A DNA stretch of 64,000 nucleotides from Gekko japonicus (Eukaryota), in the NCBI RefSeq assembly GCF_001447785.1, contig NW_015162477.1, positions 1,011,564-1,075,563 on the forward strand, read 5' to 3'. Numbering within the stretch: position 1 is the first letter of the stretch; each line of letters starts with the position of its first letter. Both the position numbers and the translations under genes were made by a program. A model generated the notes under the pieces. That model ran no database searches, was not told where the DNA came from, and was given only the letters and a program-made list of their open reading frames with translations. Shown piece by piece: positions 38,239 through 51,012 of this stretch.

Positions 38239-40230
38239 AAAAAAGATAACCTTTCAGAAAAGAGGCCTGAATCATATATATGCCTGGTGATGACTTAAAA
38301 TGCAGCCCCCAAGGACGTCTCATGTTGCACTTTTCATGGCAGATCCAGCTCCCCCCACCCTGATCTGCAGCAGGGTGCTGGAAAGATACAACTAGGGAGG
38401 AACCGTGCACAAATAATTTGCCAAACAGAGCACTCTTCATTCCAATCAACTTTCACACAGTTTACCTGTTCAAGTGGATGCAACTTACCAAAAAAAAAAA
38501 ATGTAATGTGGGAAACAACCCACACAGAGAGTATACCCAAATGTATTTCTATTGTCAAGTATGGTGGCTTGATTCCATAGAAAACGGCACTAGTTCAACA
38601 CACACAAGTATGCTTTGGAATTGTGTTACTCAAGTATCAATGCTTTCCTTCCCTATTTATATATTTCATTGTTTATTTTTCATTTATATTTCATTTATAT
38701 TATCACATAAACAATCACCTTTGAAAACAAGGAGACTTTCAAAAACTATTGATATAAGATTGCTGCCATGATTAGCCATACCTCCCAGCACCCCATTGTT
38801 GGAAAGCCTGGTTTTTGGACCACAATGGCTAAACTGCCTTGCTCTGAAACTAAAGTGAAGAATTTAAGATCAGACTAAGAGTGATTAAGAGGTTACTGCA
38901 AGAGGAAGTAGTCTGGTTCCCATGGGAGCTCCAATAGACTCTTGCCAAAGGCTGTATTCGGTGCCCTCTGAGATTTATCAGCTTTCTGGCTCTGATTAAA
39001 AACTGGGGCTTGCAGGACAATAACCTACACACATCTCAGGAATCTCCCTTTCAATGCAGACTTCCCTGGACACCTAATCAAAAGGGTCATATACCCATCT
39101 CCTGACCTATTGTTGCCAAGTATCTGTCATACCTGCCCCTAGGTAATTCAACAATCTTAGCCAGGCCCATCTCTCATTCCTATTGCTCTTTCTGTTGCCA
39201 CATTGTTCCTTCCCTGTCTTGCGCTATCTGATTACACTGTTTTATATTCTGTAATCTGCCTTGCATCTCAGAGAAAAAGATAGGCTATAAATAAAAAGAC
39301 ATGGCAAGAAGAAAGAAAAATTATTTACTTTTGTTTAAAAAGGAAAAAAACCCATCAACACATGCACATAATTGAAATATATTCAAGCATATTCTGGAAA
39401 AAGCGAAGAATGCTTCACCTGCTGAAACCAATAATTTACAGTGGAATCCTAAACAGAGTCTTCTTCTAAATTCACTGAGCTTAGTGGATGTAATTGTGTC
39501 TGGCTTTTACTGTTAGCACAGGACTTTTTTAAAAAGGTTTTTATTGAAAATTTAACATCAGATACAGTGACAATAAACTGTCATAAACATATGTAATCAT
39601 AGTAAATAATCAAACACACTTCTGATCAAAAAGGTCTTTGTTTTGAACAATAACATTTAAAACAGGGTACCAAAAATTATAATAATCAAGAGAGGCAGAG
39701 TAGGAGTCTTTATCTGAGGTTTGTATCAGTATCCTTTCCATTGTGAGATAATTCCATATGTTCTTGTACCAACTCTTAAGAATTGGTGGTGAGGGAGACT
39801 TCTAGGGCTAATGCTTCAGGCACCTGGGTTCAGCCCTACTTAGCCATGAAACTCACTGGATGACCTTGGACCAGTCATTTTCTCTCTTACACATCTTGGC
39901 TTACCTCACAGAGCTGGTGTGAGGACAAAATGGAGGAGGGGAGAGCCAAGTATGCCACCCTTGGCCCTTGGAGGAAGGACAGGATAAAAATGATTAGACA
40001 GATGGAACAAAATATTACAGTCTTAGGCAAACTTATTTCTTTACAAACCTGATTTTATTAATTTTATAGTTACCTTCCATGGTAATTATTTTGTTGCAAT
40101 TATTGTAGGACTTTATTTTGTGAGCCACATTGACAGCCCCTTTGGGGCAAAAAGGTGAGATACAAACTATTCTTTAAATAGGCAAAAGTATATTCATAAT
40201 GATCAAACCAGTACTAAAATGTTTCACTGA

Positions 40231-40662
40231 GGCCCCGGGCACACGGGCCGGCTGAAACGCGGCTACTCCGAGCCGCTCCAAACTTGAGACGCCGCGGCGG
40301 GATCCCACGGATCCCCTAGCCGCGGGGCAGCACTCCCCGGCACGCTCAGATGCCGGGGAGGAAAAGTCCGAGGGGAGGGGGGAGGCTGCCGAACTGCGCA
40401 TGCTCGGGCATGCACAGTACGGCTGGGGGCCGGGATGCGGCGGCGCAAGGACGCGCCGCCGATCCCACAGCCCTGCCTGCGCCGCACCAATGGATGCAAC
40501 CACCTAGAGAGGTGGTTGTTTTTTGCGGCGCAGTTTGGGCCGTTGGGACGGATCAGGGACGGAGACGGCACGCTCGCCAGATGTTGAGGTGAGATCGCGC
40601 CTGTTTGCTCCGCCCCAGTTCCGTCCCGCTCCCGGCCCAAATGGGCTCGTATGAACGGGGCC
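40231..40662. mobile_element. PIF/Harbinger-like GC-rich MITE
   Basis: Imperfect TIRs GGCCCCGGGCACACGGGCC / GGGCTCGTATGAACGGGGCC; 3-bp TSD TGA. Confidence 0.7.
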
Positions 40663-43334
40663 TGAGTTTGACAACCTACACAGAGCAATTCTGTGATACC
40701 AGTTATGAAAAATATGCCATAAAAGCATTCCATTCCCAAAATTTCTATTAATTATCTTTACACACATTACTGGATTAGGAATGCAGATGTAACAGATTTG
40801 TGGGGGATCTCTCTTCCCTCCACGTTTTTGCAATATTAATACTAGCTGTGATATATTTATGTAGACTCTGGAATATACTGAAGCTTCCAGGCACCCTAGA
40901 AACCAAGCAAGAGGATCTATTTGTAGCTGAAATCTAGTAATATTATATTAGTCTTATTGATACTAAGAGGCCACCCATGAAGTTCAATTACATTAGTGGA
41001 ATCTTCAAGTGGACAATCTCATTGCTGTTAGGCAGAATAAAGAAATTCAAATGTAAAGTCCCAAAATTCCAAAGCTACTTCAGCAGGGCTCTATAAAACT
41101 ATGATTCTCCCCCCTACAGAAATAGCATAAACTCTTTCTTTAATATTTCTTTGTCACTTGCTTATTCAATACTATTGTATTTGGTCTGGACAAGCCCACG
41201 TTCAAGAGTTCACAGAACTAAATCTTGTTACCTCATTATGAAGTGTCCTAAAAACCCAGCAGGGCAGTAAATACCAGAGACAATGGGTTGAATCTTACCC
41301 CTCTGCTCAGGTAAGCATGAAGCCTTCCTCCAGCAAAAGAGGTTCTTCCTTTAGTGGAAGGCTGAAGGAAAAAAAGGTCCAAACATACCTGACCAGAGGG
41401 AATGCTACAACCCAGTAAGTGCAGGAACAGGAACCAAGGTTCACAAATATTTAAACTGAAGCAAGGCTATTTCCATTTCTCCCAGTGTGTGAAGCTACAA
41501 GGAAATCAATAATGATTTTATCTTAATCAAAGTTTTGGAAAGGATGATGCAAACAAGAAAGAATTCCCTATGTACTAAACAACCTGAAAAGACTATACAT
41601 TTTCTCCTATATAATATTGGTACTTACTTAGCACTGCCTGAAGTAGGTAAACAAAGAGTATATATTTCCCATAACCTAATGAAAGATTTAATAGCATATT
41701 TATAACACAATTCATAGAATCCATTCAGACAAACAGTGATGGCATTGAAAGTTCTAAATTTAGCCAACAGTTACTAAGAATTCCCAAGAAGGTTTCACAA
41801 GGGGTTGAGAAAATTTTGTTCATCCCAGGGATCAACTGGCATTGTGAACGACATAGCACAAGAAATTTAAGAAAATTTTCCAATTCATTGTCAAGATAAA
41901 AAGGGGTGGGGTAGATGGACATATTAGTATGAAGATTGGCAACTGCTGGTAAATACTTGCAACATGGATGATGCATGTGTATTCTCAGAAAAACCCTTAC
42001 AATAAGCCTGCATGGTAAGATATTATCATTCCCATATTAAGGATGGGAATGTTCTCTGCTTAAGGTGACATTTGAATTGTGACACATGGGCTTACTTTCT
42101 CAGAGATTCTGCATACATTCTATTGAGGGAAATAGGTCTGCTTTATTGAAATACAGTAGCATGTAGCCAAATTTTGTTCTGCATAAAGGGTATGATGGGG
42201 TTATAAAACAGGAACCCCATGACATCTTAAAAAAACTAATAATATGGATTTTGTTCATGTTATTTGGGGGTTAAATATTAATGAATGTTAACAGTATGTT
42301 ATTCTACAATGGGTCACAGATAGCTTTTCTGGGTGAAAAAAGTAAATAATTTACATTCACAGTCCTCCTTATCATATGTACCATAAAAATATACAGACCA
42401 AGAATCACCTATGGACAGATTAGTGGGTTTGGGGCTTTTTCTTCTACGATAATTATTTGGTGTCACTAATAACACAGTGTAGACAATTGTCACTGCTCCT
42501 CAAAGACAAGCAACTGGAATTAATTTCTGATCATAAAATGCATTAAATGATGCTTAACTCTGGTACATGGTTAACCGGCCAATCACACCTGTAAAGTTTA
42601 CTACATGTATAAAAATGTTCAGGATCACAGCCACAAATAAAACAGCAAAGCCAAGTTTTAGGCTAGAAAAACCATCAGTGTTCTGGGGAAAGTAAATATG
42701 AGCATAGATTATGGGTTAACTTGATGCTTTAGGTCACCAGCGTCACATAAACTTTTGTGGCCTGTTTTAACACCACATGTGTTATTTTAAGTAAACATGT
42801 GAAAATATTTATTACGCTAGGCTTCGCTTAAGCTGACATAAATTCTGATATTAGCCCCATATAATTTTACAACGTGTGTGGGTTTTAACAGCATGTACAA
42901 AACTTGTAAAAGGCACCAAACACTAGTCATAATCATTTCCTTCTACAAGGGTATTGATCAACAACACCTTGGAGCATGCCAATACATACTCCAGGTGAGG
43001 AATCACAGAACTGTCAAGCATGGAAGGTACATGCCCCCACCCCAATACACCAAAGTAATAACTCACAAAATTGCAGGGTTTTGTACCTACCAACTCTCTC
43101 CTCCAATGCTACCACATGCCACCATTTCCGGGTGCTCATAAATTTGTTCCAACTATTAGCCCCGACCCTGATTCACAAAATCCTCGTGAGGTGACAAACG
43201 GGAGAGGAGGGGAAACCAGCAGCAACACTGTCTGTCCCCCCTGGTTTTAAAGGAGGCCTGACCATGGTCGTGGCAAATATGTTGCAAGCCAGTTCGAGCA
43301 ACCCAGCACAGTGACACCCGCCCGAGAGCCTTAC

Positions 43335-43416
43335 CCATTGCAATGCTGCCTGCATACACCTTCCTTTGCTTAGGCAGCAAGTTGACGGAGGCTCTGAGCA
43401 TTAGCGCTGCTGCCAT
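43335..43416 (-). CDS. HIBADH: 3-hydroxyisobutyrate dehydrogenase, coding exon 1 (putative mitochondrial transit peptide)
   Basis: Minus-strand ATG in context AGCATGG encodes MAAALMLRASVNLLPKQRKVYAGSIAM+G (82 nt, phase 1). It ends at a GTAAGG donor, lies in a CpG-rich region and joins exon 2 in frame. Confidence 0.88.
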
Positions 43417-43700
43417 GCTGCTTCCCCGCCTCCAACACCACGACCTCCGCTTAGACACCACCTCCTTCGCTCTCTGCGCTTCGCTCGCCTGGGAGCACGG
43501 AAGGAGGCGTGGAAGGGGAGGGGCGGCCAAGCCAGCCAACCACGGCTGCCACTGGAAGCCAAACACCAATCAGAGCGGACGTTCTCCTATCGGTGACCTG
43601 CCGGGCTTACACCCCAGGACCCAATGATAGGCGACAGCGGCAGCTCTGGCAAAGATCGTTCAGCCAGGGTCTTTCCTGGGCGGCTTCTGCAGAATGCGTA
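43417..43700 (-). promoter_or_regulatory. HIBADH CpG-rich promoter / 5' UTR
   Basis: CpG-rich stretch upstream of the ATG, with a GC box (GGGGAGGGGCGGCC, about 43516) and CCAAT boxes (about 43566 and 43622). Confidence 0.7.
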
Positions 43701-44232
43701 TGGTGGTGGGGGGTGCTGGTTTATGCATCGGCTTTCTTCATCCGCCTCATCCTTCCTTGTTAGCCGGGGTCCTTTTTAAATTGTAAAATCTGCTTCAAAA
43801 AATCTCACGACGAGGCATGTGAGAATAAAGCTGCCAAAAAGATTTTTAGCTTATTCTGAAACCCTGTGTACGCCCACTTGATTCAGTGTGGAATACTTCC
43901 AAGCAAACGTAGATGAGATCGAGTAGCCTGTTTTCGTGTTTCTGCTGTCAGCGTCTGCTTTCCTTGTAAGACTTCAGCTGGATCTGGCTGTGTTTAGTTT
44001 AGGTGACTTCGAGAACTGCCTTAATAGATCTATTCGGAAGTAAGTCTCGTGGTATTCAATGCGGCTTCCTCCCAGAAAAGTGTGCTGAGGATTGCAGCCT
44101 ACTAAAACTGATATTTCTATAAGAAGAAGAGAAGAGATTGGATTTATACCCCGCCCTTCACTACCCGAAGGAGTCTAAGAGCCGCTTATAATCTCCTTTC
44201 CCTTCTCCTCCCCACAACAGACACCCTGTGAG

Positions 44233-44436
44233 CAATGCTCCCTCTAAGCCGTGGAGTCTTGTGAGCAAAAATTCTACTTTGTGAGCTGCTGGCATTACAG
44301 TTGCGAGTGAGCGATTCGGCTACTGCATCAATTAGTTTGCTCTGGAGCCCTCCTTCCTGAGCTGAGACAAAAATGTGTGAGCTGGAGGCTAAAAAACTGA
44401 GGTAGCTCACACTAACTCAGTTTAGAGGGAACACTG
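44233..44436 (-). mobile_element. hAT-type MITE, same family, inserted into a SINE
   Basis: Same TIRs and body in reverse orientation; TSD CCTGTGAG. Confidence 0.9.
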
Positions 44437-45956
44437 CCTGTGAGGTAGGTGGGGCTGAGAGAGCTGAAATGTCCTTGAGAGAACAGCTCTGAAGAAACTT
44501 ATGACTGGCCCAAAGTCACACCAGCTGCTGCATGTGGAGAGGTGAGGAATCAAACCCAGTTCTCCCAGATTAGAGTCCATGCTCCTAACCACTACACCAA
44601 ACTGCCTCTCAATATTTCAGTTTTCAAAGACTTCTTTAATAGGACATTCACCAGCATGATCCCAGCCTTCTGAATGAGTCAAAATATTATCAAAATCCTC
44701 ACAATACAAACTGGAAAGAAATGTTAGGGTCTTGTGCTTATGCAATTTAAAAGTTCAATGAGGCCTATTTTGAAGATTTCATACCGAAATACTAGGGTTT
44801 TGTGACCTGTACAATTCTGATTGTGAGGGTTTGAAAACAATAGCTACAAATACATAGATTAATGGGCAAATTTTATTTTAAATTTCCATAGTAATCTCTT
44901 GCTGCATTGAGACAGAATACAATGGCTTGTGATGAACTAGCATAGAGGTTGGTATGCTATGTTTGAGTTATTAATTACTTTGTGAAGGTCTTGCTGGCCT
45001 TCTGTTAATAAGTAAGCAGACATGAAAGCTTACCAATGCGTTTAATTGTACTTACCTAAAATGCTCCGAAATAGTTAACTAAGCAGCAGTACTGATAGAG
45101 TTATCACAAATGAACAGATTTCTGTGTGTTTTCAGAAAAGCTTGTTTTTTTAAAAAATGTTAACAGGTGCATTAACTGCTGGTTCTGGATACCATATTTA
45201 TATACACCGTAACATTTTTGTATCCTCTGTATTAAATGTATAGGTGCTTATAAGATTTAAAATGACTTTCAGTTTGAAAGCAAAGGCTAAGAACGTCTGT
45301 AAAAGGAGACTTCAAAATACCCATAAGCGCTTTCTTAAAATGCAAGATTACGATGCAAAATGCATCACAAGAGTGAACTGTTAACAAGCATTACTTTGCC
45401 AGTAGCAGGACTCCTGCCAACCTTTAATTGGCTTGAAAGCTATTCTTCTGTCAATGGGGCATTGTGTCTTCAAGGCAATCATACTAACTTTATGGTTTGG
45501 GGGTTCAAAAATACACACAACAAAAGCTTGTTTAAATGTAATATGTACCAAATGTCCTCTACTACTTTCCCCTATTTTGTCATTTTAAATAAAATCACCA
45601 ATTGGCAGTGATGAGGAATGTTGATGTTCATATTGCCTACAGGAGGGATACTTCTAATAAGTATGCAATACCATTCTGTTGAATTAAACATTTTGAAAAT
45701 GTGATTCTGGTCGATTCAGTTATTAGTCTGAGTCAAATATCTAAACACAATGGATTAAATCCTGTGCATTTTTACTCAGCAGAAAATCTCACTTTCTTTC
45801 AAGTAAGTGTGTTTTACCATTGCATTCTTTGGCTTGTGAACACACGAGCTTGCTACCCAAACAAAATCTGAAACAATTGTTTGTGGGTACTGCGAATTTA
45901 AGAAGTTGGACGAAATATCCACTTTTTTGTTTGTTATGGGAGGGAGCCCTTATACC

Positions 45957-46230
45957 TAGGGCTGCCAAGTGGGGGCGGGTGGCGGGTAAACCCCCGCCCC
46001 CAAAGCACGCGCCGTGCATGTCACCCGGAAATGATGCGACCATGCCGGGCACGCTGGGGGTGGGGCCATGGTCATCAGAGGGAAAACTGTATGGTTTTCC
46101 CTTGGATGGTCGTGGCCCCACCCCCAGCGTGCCCGGCGTGGTCGCGTCACTTCCGGGTGACGCGCGCGCACTCTCCCAAGGCAGCGCTGGAGTCCCCCGC
46201 TCCAGCTCCACTTTTGACTTGGCAACCCTA
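45957..46230. mobile_element. Foldback MITE with TAGGG(C/T)TGCCAAGT termini; related termini at about 11545-11858, 37288-37488, 49870-50047 and 1-50
   Basis: Terminal inverted repeats plus a long internal inverted repeat (about 46009-46169). Confidence 0.75.
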
Positions 46231-46394
46231 CTGTAGAAGAACATTTTAGCCTCCCAGGAAACTCAGTGGAGGGCTCAAAACTGCTATTTTATTGCAAAGG
46301 AATTTTAGAAACAGACTGGAATGGGAGACTGCTCAAATACTACTACTCCCACGGCTTAACAGCGATATCAGCTTCTTATCTCACTACACATGCT

Positions 46395-47063
46395 AAGTCC
46401 CTCAGTTTTCTCTTATACCCAGAATTAAACTTTGTTTGTCTAAAAAGTGCCACTGCACTCAAACTTAGTTCTCACATCTGTTGTTAACTCTTTTATTATC
46501 AGTATGCCAATTTGCTGCTATGCACAGGTCTTTCCAAATGCATTATTCTAATCTTAGCTATACTTATTGCTTAGTCTAATTAGCCCTTCTTGGCAACTAA
46601 CCCCCCCCCCCATATGTAACATTTGAGGAAATCTGTTTCAATGTATCTCAGAACTGTGCATCTACACATGCGAAGTCTCTCAGTTCTTGCTTATAACCAT
46701 AATTGACTTTTGTTGTTCTTGGAGGTGCCACTGGACTTAAACTCAGTTTTCACATCTGTTTGTTCACTCTTGTATTTGTACATTAATTTACTGCTATCCA
46801 GAGTTCTTACCAACCACTTTAATCCAATCTCAGCTATAATCACCCAGTTATTTATGCATCTTGACTCTAATTAGCCCTTCCTAGCAACTAACCCCCCCAT
46901 ATGTAATGGCTGAGGGCATCTTGGTCTTGTGTCATTGTATCTGAAAAAGTATGCATGCAACGAAAGCTTATACCATAAATAAAACTTTGTTGATCTTAAA
47001 GGTGCCCCTGGACTCAAACTTTCTTCTGCTGCTTCAGATCAACATGGCTACCCCCCTGAATCT
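46395..47063 (+). mobile_element. Tandem Penelope-like pLTR / retrozyme-like units with hammerhead relics
   Basis: About 280-bp unit; the motif CTTATA..CA.AAT.AA..TTTGTT..TCT.A..AGGTGCC.CTG.ACT.AAACT recurs near 46412, 46690 and 46967. Confidence 0.65.
46937..46973 (+). ncRNA. Decayed minimal type I hammerhead ribozyme
   Basis: GTAT-CTGAAAA-AGTATGCATGCAAC-GAAA-GCTT-ATAC. Stem I (GTAT/ATAC) and GAAA are intact; CUGANGA has one substitution. Confidence 0.55.
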
Positions 47064-47911
47064 GATTCTAATACTGTAAAGCTGTAAATCATTAGTTGTC
47101 CAAATCTAAAACTAGCTCTGCTCCCAAAGAAGAGTTGATGACTGGTTCTTATGAAAATGCAGTATAATCAGATGCAAGATTATCACAAGAATGCAGAACA
47201 GCCAGATCACTGTCATAAGCAGAGAGATCAGGGGAAATGTTTAGGACTGGGGGAGCAAGAGCAGAACTACAGTTTACTCTTTGCAGACTTTTGTTTTTTT
47301 GTGGATGGCATTTGTGGGGTCTGCAAAATGAAGTGGTGGAGCAGAATGGATGCACATGACAGAAGTAATAGCCTGGGTCTTGGGTGAGACATAACAATGT
47401 CACACATGAGTTGTGCATTCTCCTCCATTCCCAATGCATCTGGTGCCTGATTAGGGTCAAAACCCCCATGCAAATGGAGAAGAGGCCTCAGACAACCCCC
47501 TTGGACCATTTCCCCAACCTGAAGAGTCCTGGAGGGAAGCACTATGTTGAGGAACCCAAACATTATTTGGGATACACGAGTTTCCCCAACAGGCCCAGTA
47601 GCACACCTTGGGACTGTTTCAGGCTATGGAAATGGTGCCGGGGTGGGCGAGGCTCATGCCCCTTTTTCATAGGTACCTGATTCTAATCAGGCACAGCACA
47701 CACAAGAACCCAGAACTCCCTTGTGACTGTGTTACATCTCTTATATTATGGGGACACAAACCTAAGCTGGTTACTCTGTAATGTTTATCTGGGAAATGGA
47801 AATGGTGAATCTGTCTGAAGAACAATTTAATAAAACATAAAAAGAAGAAATATATGTTCTGAAAATAATCACAACAAAAAGGCAATGGTCAGAAATTCCT
47901 GTTCTTTCAGA

Positions 47912-49237
47912 ATGGTGGTGATGGAAAGGGCCCTCAAGTCACAACTGACTTCTGGGCAATCCCATAAGGTTTTCAAGGCAAGAGGCATTCAGAGGTGGTT
48001 TGCCATGGCCTGCCTCTGCATAGCAATCCTGGACTTAACCAAGCTAACCTGGCTTAGCTTCCAAGATTTCACAAGATCAGGTTAGCCTCCAGGTGACCGC
48101 ATCCAACCATAGCCTAGCAAAGCAGCAGCAACAGATCACCGAGCTGGTGAAAAAGTCAATCCAAACAGAGGAAAGACTTAAAGAGACAGCTCACGATGCC
48201 AAGAAAGTCAAAAAGAAAGTTGGTGTGCTTGAGCAAAGGCAAGATCTACAGGAACGTAGATTGTTGAACCTACAGATGGAAAAAGCAAACAAAACACTCA
48301 GATTCCAGGGAATAGCTGAATCATCAGGAGAAAACTTGAAAAAGATGATGGCAGAACTCATCGCTCCGGCGCTGGGGTGCATAGCGGCAGAAGCGGAAGC
48401 GGAAATTGAGACGATTTATCGATCTTACTCTAAATATATAAAAAGAAATAACCTGCCGGGTGAAATAGTCGTCAAGTTTCTCCGAAGACAGTCGCGGGAC
48501 GAAGTCCTGAAATCAACAGCAGTTAATCCCCTGCAGCTGGGCTCTACAACCATCAGAGTTTTAAAAGACGTTCCATTTGAGGTTCGAGAAAAGCGGAAAG
48601 CCTACAAAGAGCTGATTTCAACGTTGCAGATCAACCAGATCCCATACTCTTGGGTGTTCCCGGAAGGGGTCGTGTTCAAGTACAGAGACAAAAGGGAAAA
48701 ACTGGATTCGGTGTTTAAAGCAGAAGAATGGTTGAAGCGGTTTTTTGGATCGAAAGAAGAAGAACAGCAAGAAGGAGGAGGAGGTCCAGAAACCATAGAA
48801 GAAGGAGACGGAGACCAAGGAGCATCGGGCGTTGAGGCCAAAGAAGCATACGATTTGCGGCAGAGAAAACCAAAGTAACTCTTTAAAAAGCCAGGAGTTC
48901 GGCAAACAGAGATGAAGATGAAAGAACTCTGAGCACACACGAAGGATGAAGAGAATACTAATACTAACATGGACTTACTAATTTCCGAATACATTGACTT
49001 ACACGAAGTTTTTTGTTTTGATTACTAACAGAATACTAACTGTTTATAACCCTCTCTCTTGGGGTTTTAGTTATAGTGTGGGTTTTTATTTGCTGTCCTT
49101 TTTCCCGGGGTAATTTTTCCCTCCCCCTTTTCTTTTCTGTAGTGTCTAGGTGTAACTAAAAACTAATAAAGCTACCCTGCTTTCAGGGGATTTTTTTAAA
49201 AAAAGATCAGGTTAGCCTCAGCCATTCAAATCAGGGC
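47912..49237 (-). mobile_element. 5S-derived SINE split by the ORF1-only element (parts 47912-48089 and 49220-49237)
   Basis: The SINE head sequence continues across the 17-bp TSD. Confidence 0.75.
48090..49202 (+). mobile_element. 5'-truncated copy of the ORF1-only element, inserted into a 5S-derived SINE
   Basis: 17-bp TSD AAGATCAGGTTAGCCTC (48073-48089 and 49203-49219); open ORF 48093-48878 closely similar to 33249-34094; same 3' UTR; AATAAA and a short T/A tail. Confidence 0.88.
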
Positions 49238-50483
49238 TCTTACAGAATAGCTTCCAGCAAATATGACATCAGCAAGTCTTTCTTGCATGGGAAGGCTGGA
49301 GTTTAAAGAGAGGGAGGAGGTAGATCCCTGAAGTGTCTGTTTTAGGGGGCATGACCTCTGAGTGTGAAGAAATAGACTAGATATGTAAAGGGTAGTGCCT
49401 GGGTTGTTAAAGAAGTGGTTGCACAGACCCATGAGGATTGCTTTCTCAGAAGACCGTATTTTATCTCCCTTGGCCAGTATTAAATTGTGAAAACTGACAG
49501 TGGTTCCCCACACATAGCAATCGGCTAAAGCTGTAACTCTTGCCATTTATCTCTTAGGTGAAGGGCTCCCTGGGATCCTTGCAGATATAGATTGCAGTGT
49601 GTGCCAGAAGTTAAAAAAAATCTGCGTGCTATAAATAAGAAATGAAACACTCGCTCAGACATGGCACTCAGAGGTACACACATTAATTACGCACCAGAGA
49701 GGCAAACTCGTAGTGAGTTCAAGCACTTAACTCACTATTCTTGCTTATTAAAAAACATTCCATTGCTTTAACAATACAGTCATCCAACTGTGAAATAACA
49801 GCAACTGTGAAATAACAGCAATTGAGATGTGGTCACTGACAGAAAATTCTTATGCCCATTGTACAGTGCAAGGCTGCCAAGTTTCACACCTTAGAAGAGG
49901 GGTCTTCCCCCCCCCTTCACCCTCCCTCGCATATACACATGCACGCACACACACAATTAACATGTCTGCTCTCACCTATGGTCTTATGGGAAAAGTAACC
50001 TGCTTCCTCAGTCTCACTCTTACTGATTTAAATACCCTGGCAACCTTTGAAAAGTTTCAGTTCTTCAATTCCAATTAAGGGTTGGCAAAGAAATCCAAAA
50101 TACACATAGGACTTTTGACAGAGAAGGCAATTCTAGCAATAAGTTATTTCTAATATATTCCAAAGGGACGGCTTAGAGATATCTAAACACCATGATTAGT
50201 TTTAGCGCTCAGGAATAAAACATTATCAAATGAAGTACAGCAGGAATATAATTTATAATGGAGAATTAGTGCAGAGTGCTCTAATAATGAATTTTCTGGT
50301 ATATAGTTTATAGTAAGAAGTTATTTACAATGTATATAGTACAGTATGAGAAACTGCTCGTTTGGTTATGGCTGAAATATGCACTTTTCACATTTCATAG
50401 AAGCCTTGGGTTCTTCTGAAGGACTGATGAAGTAGAGGGGATGAGTCCTATCCAAGTGCTGCTGCAGGCTGTTATACTGTGTA

Positions 50484-51012
50484 GAAGAAGAAGGTTTTTA
50501 TTGTATTTAGCCATAGGCCATTACAAACTACAAACAGAAAAGAATGCAATAAAACATAGAAAATTGTATAAAATAAGATACAGTCTAAAACATTATAAAT
50601 CTATAAAACCGAAGTTATAAACAATTAATTAATTCACAACATACCCACTAAAATCAGTATTAGCTAGGAACAGCGTTGGCCCGTATTTTCCTTGCAGCCA
50701 AGGCGAATAGAGCCATTCTATTGGATACATCGGCATTGGCATCGGCTAACAAAAATATAATCTTCTCTGGGACTGAGTAAAAGCTTAAAACTGGTAAAAT
50801 ACCAGATAAAAATTTTGACCTAGGCTGGGAATACAATGGGCAATCAAAAATGTAATGGGAGAGATCCTCAGTAGCAGAAGAGCCACAAATACATACGCTG
50901 CGCCTTGGGTGTTCTACTATAGCCCGCATTGCGGGGAGGGCGGGGTATAAATTGAATTAATTAAATTAAATTAAATTAAATAGCGGCTGACCAATACGGC
51001 CGTAGGCATTGA
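50484..51012 (-). mobile_element. RTE-X-like non-LTR retrotransposon 3' end
   Basis: C-terminal zinc-knuckle-like CICG...EDLSHYIFDCPLY..PR; AATAAA and (CTT)n tail; interrupted at about 50926-50981 by a (TTAAA)n-tailed fragment. Confidence 0.55.

Noticed and set aside
43156-43569. 137-aa ORF overlapping HIBADH exon 1
   Set aside because: Only 43416-43335 is coding. The upstream part starts at a non-ATG codon in the promoter/UTR, and the downstream part reads through the splice donor.
46395-47063. CRISPR-like or satellite array
   Set aside because: Eukaryotic context, with whole ~280-bp units repeated and no unique spacers.
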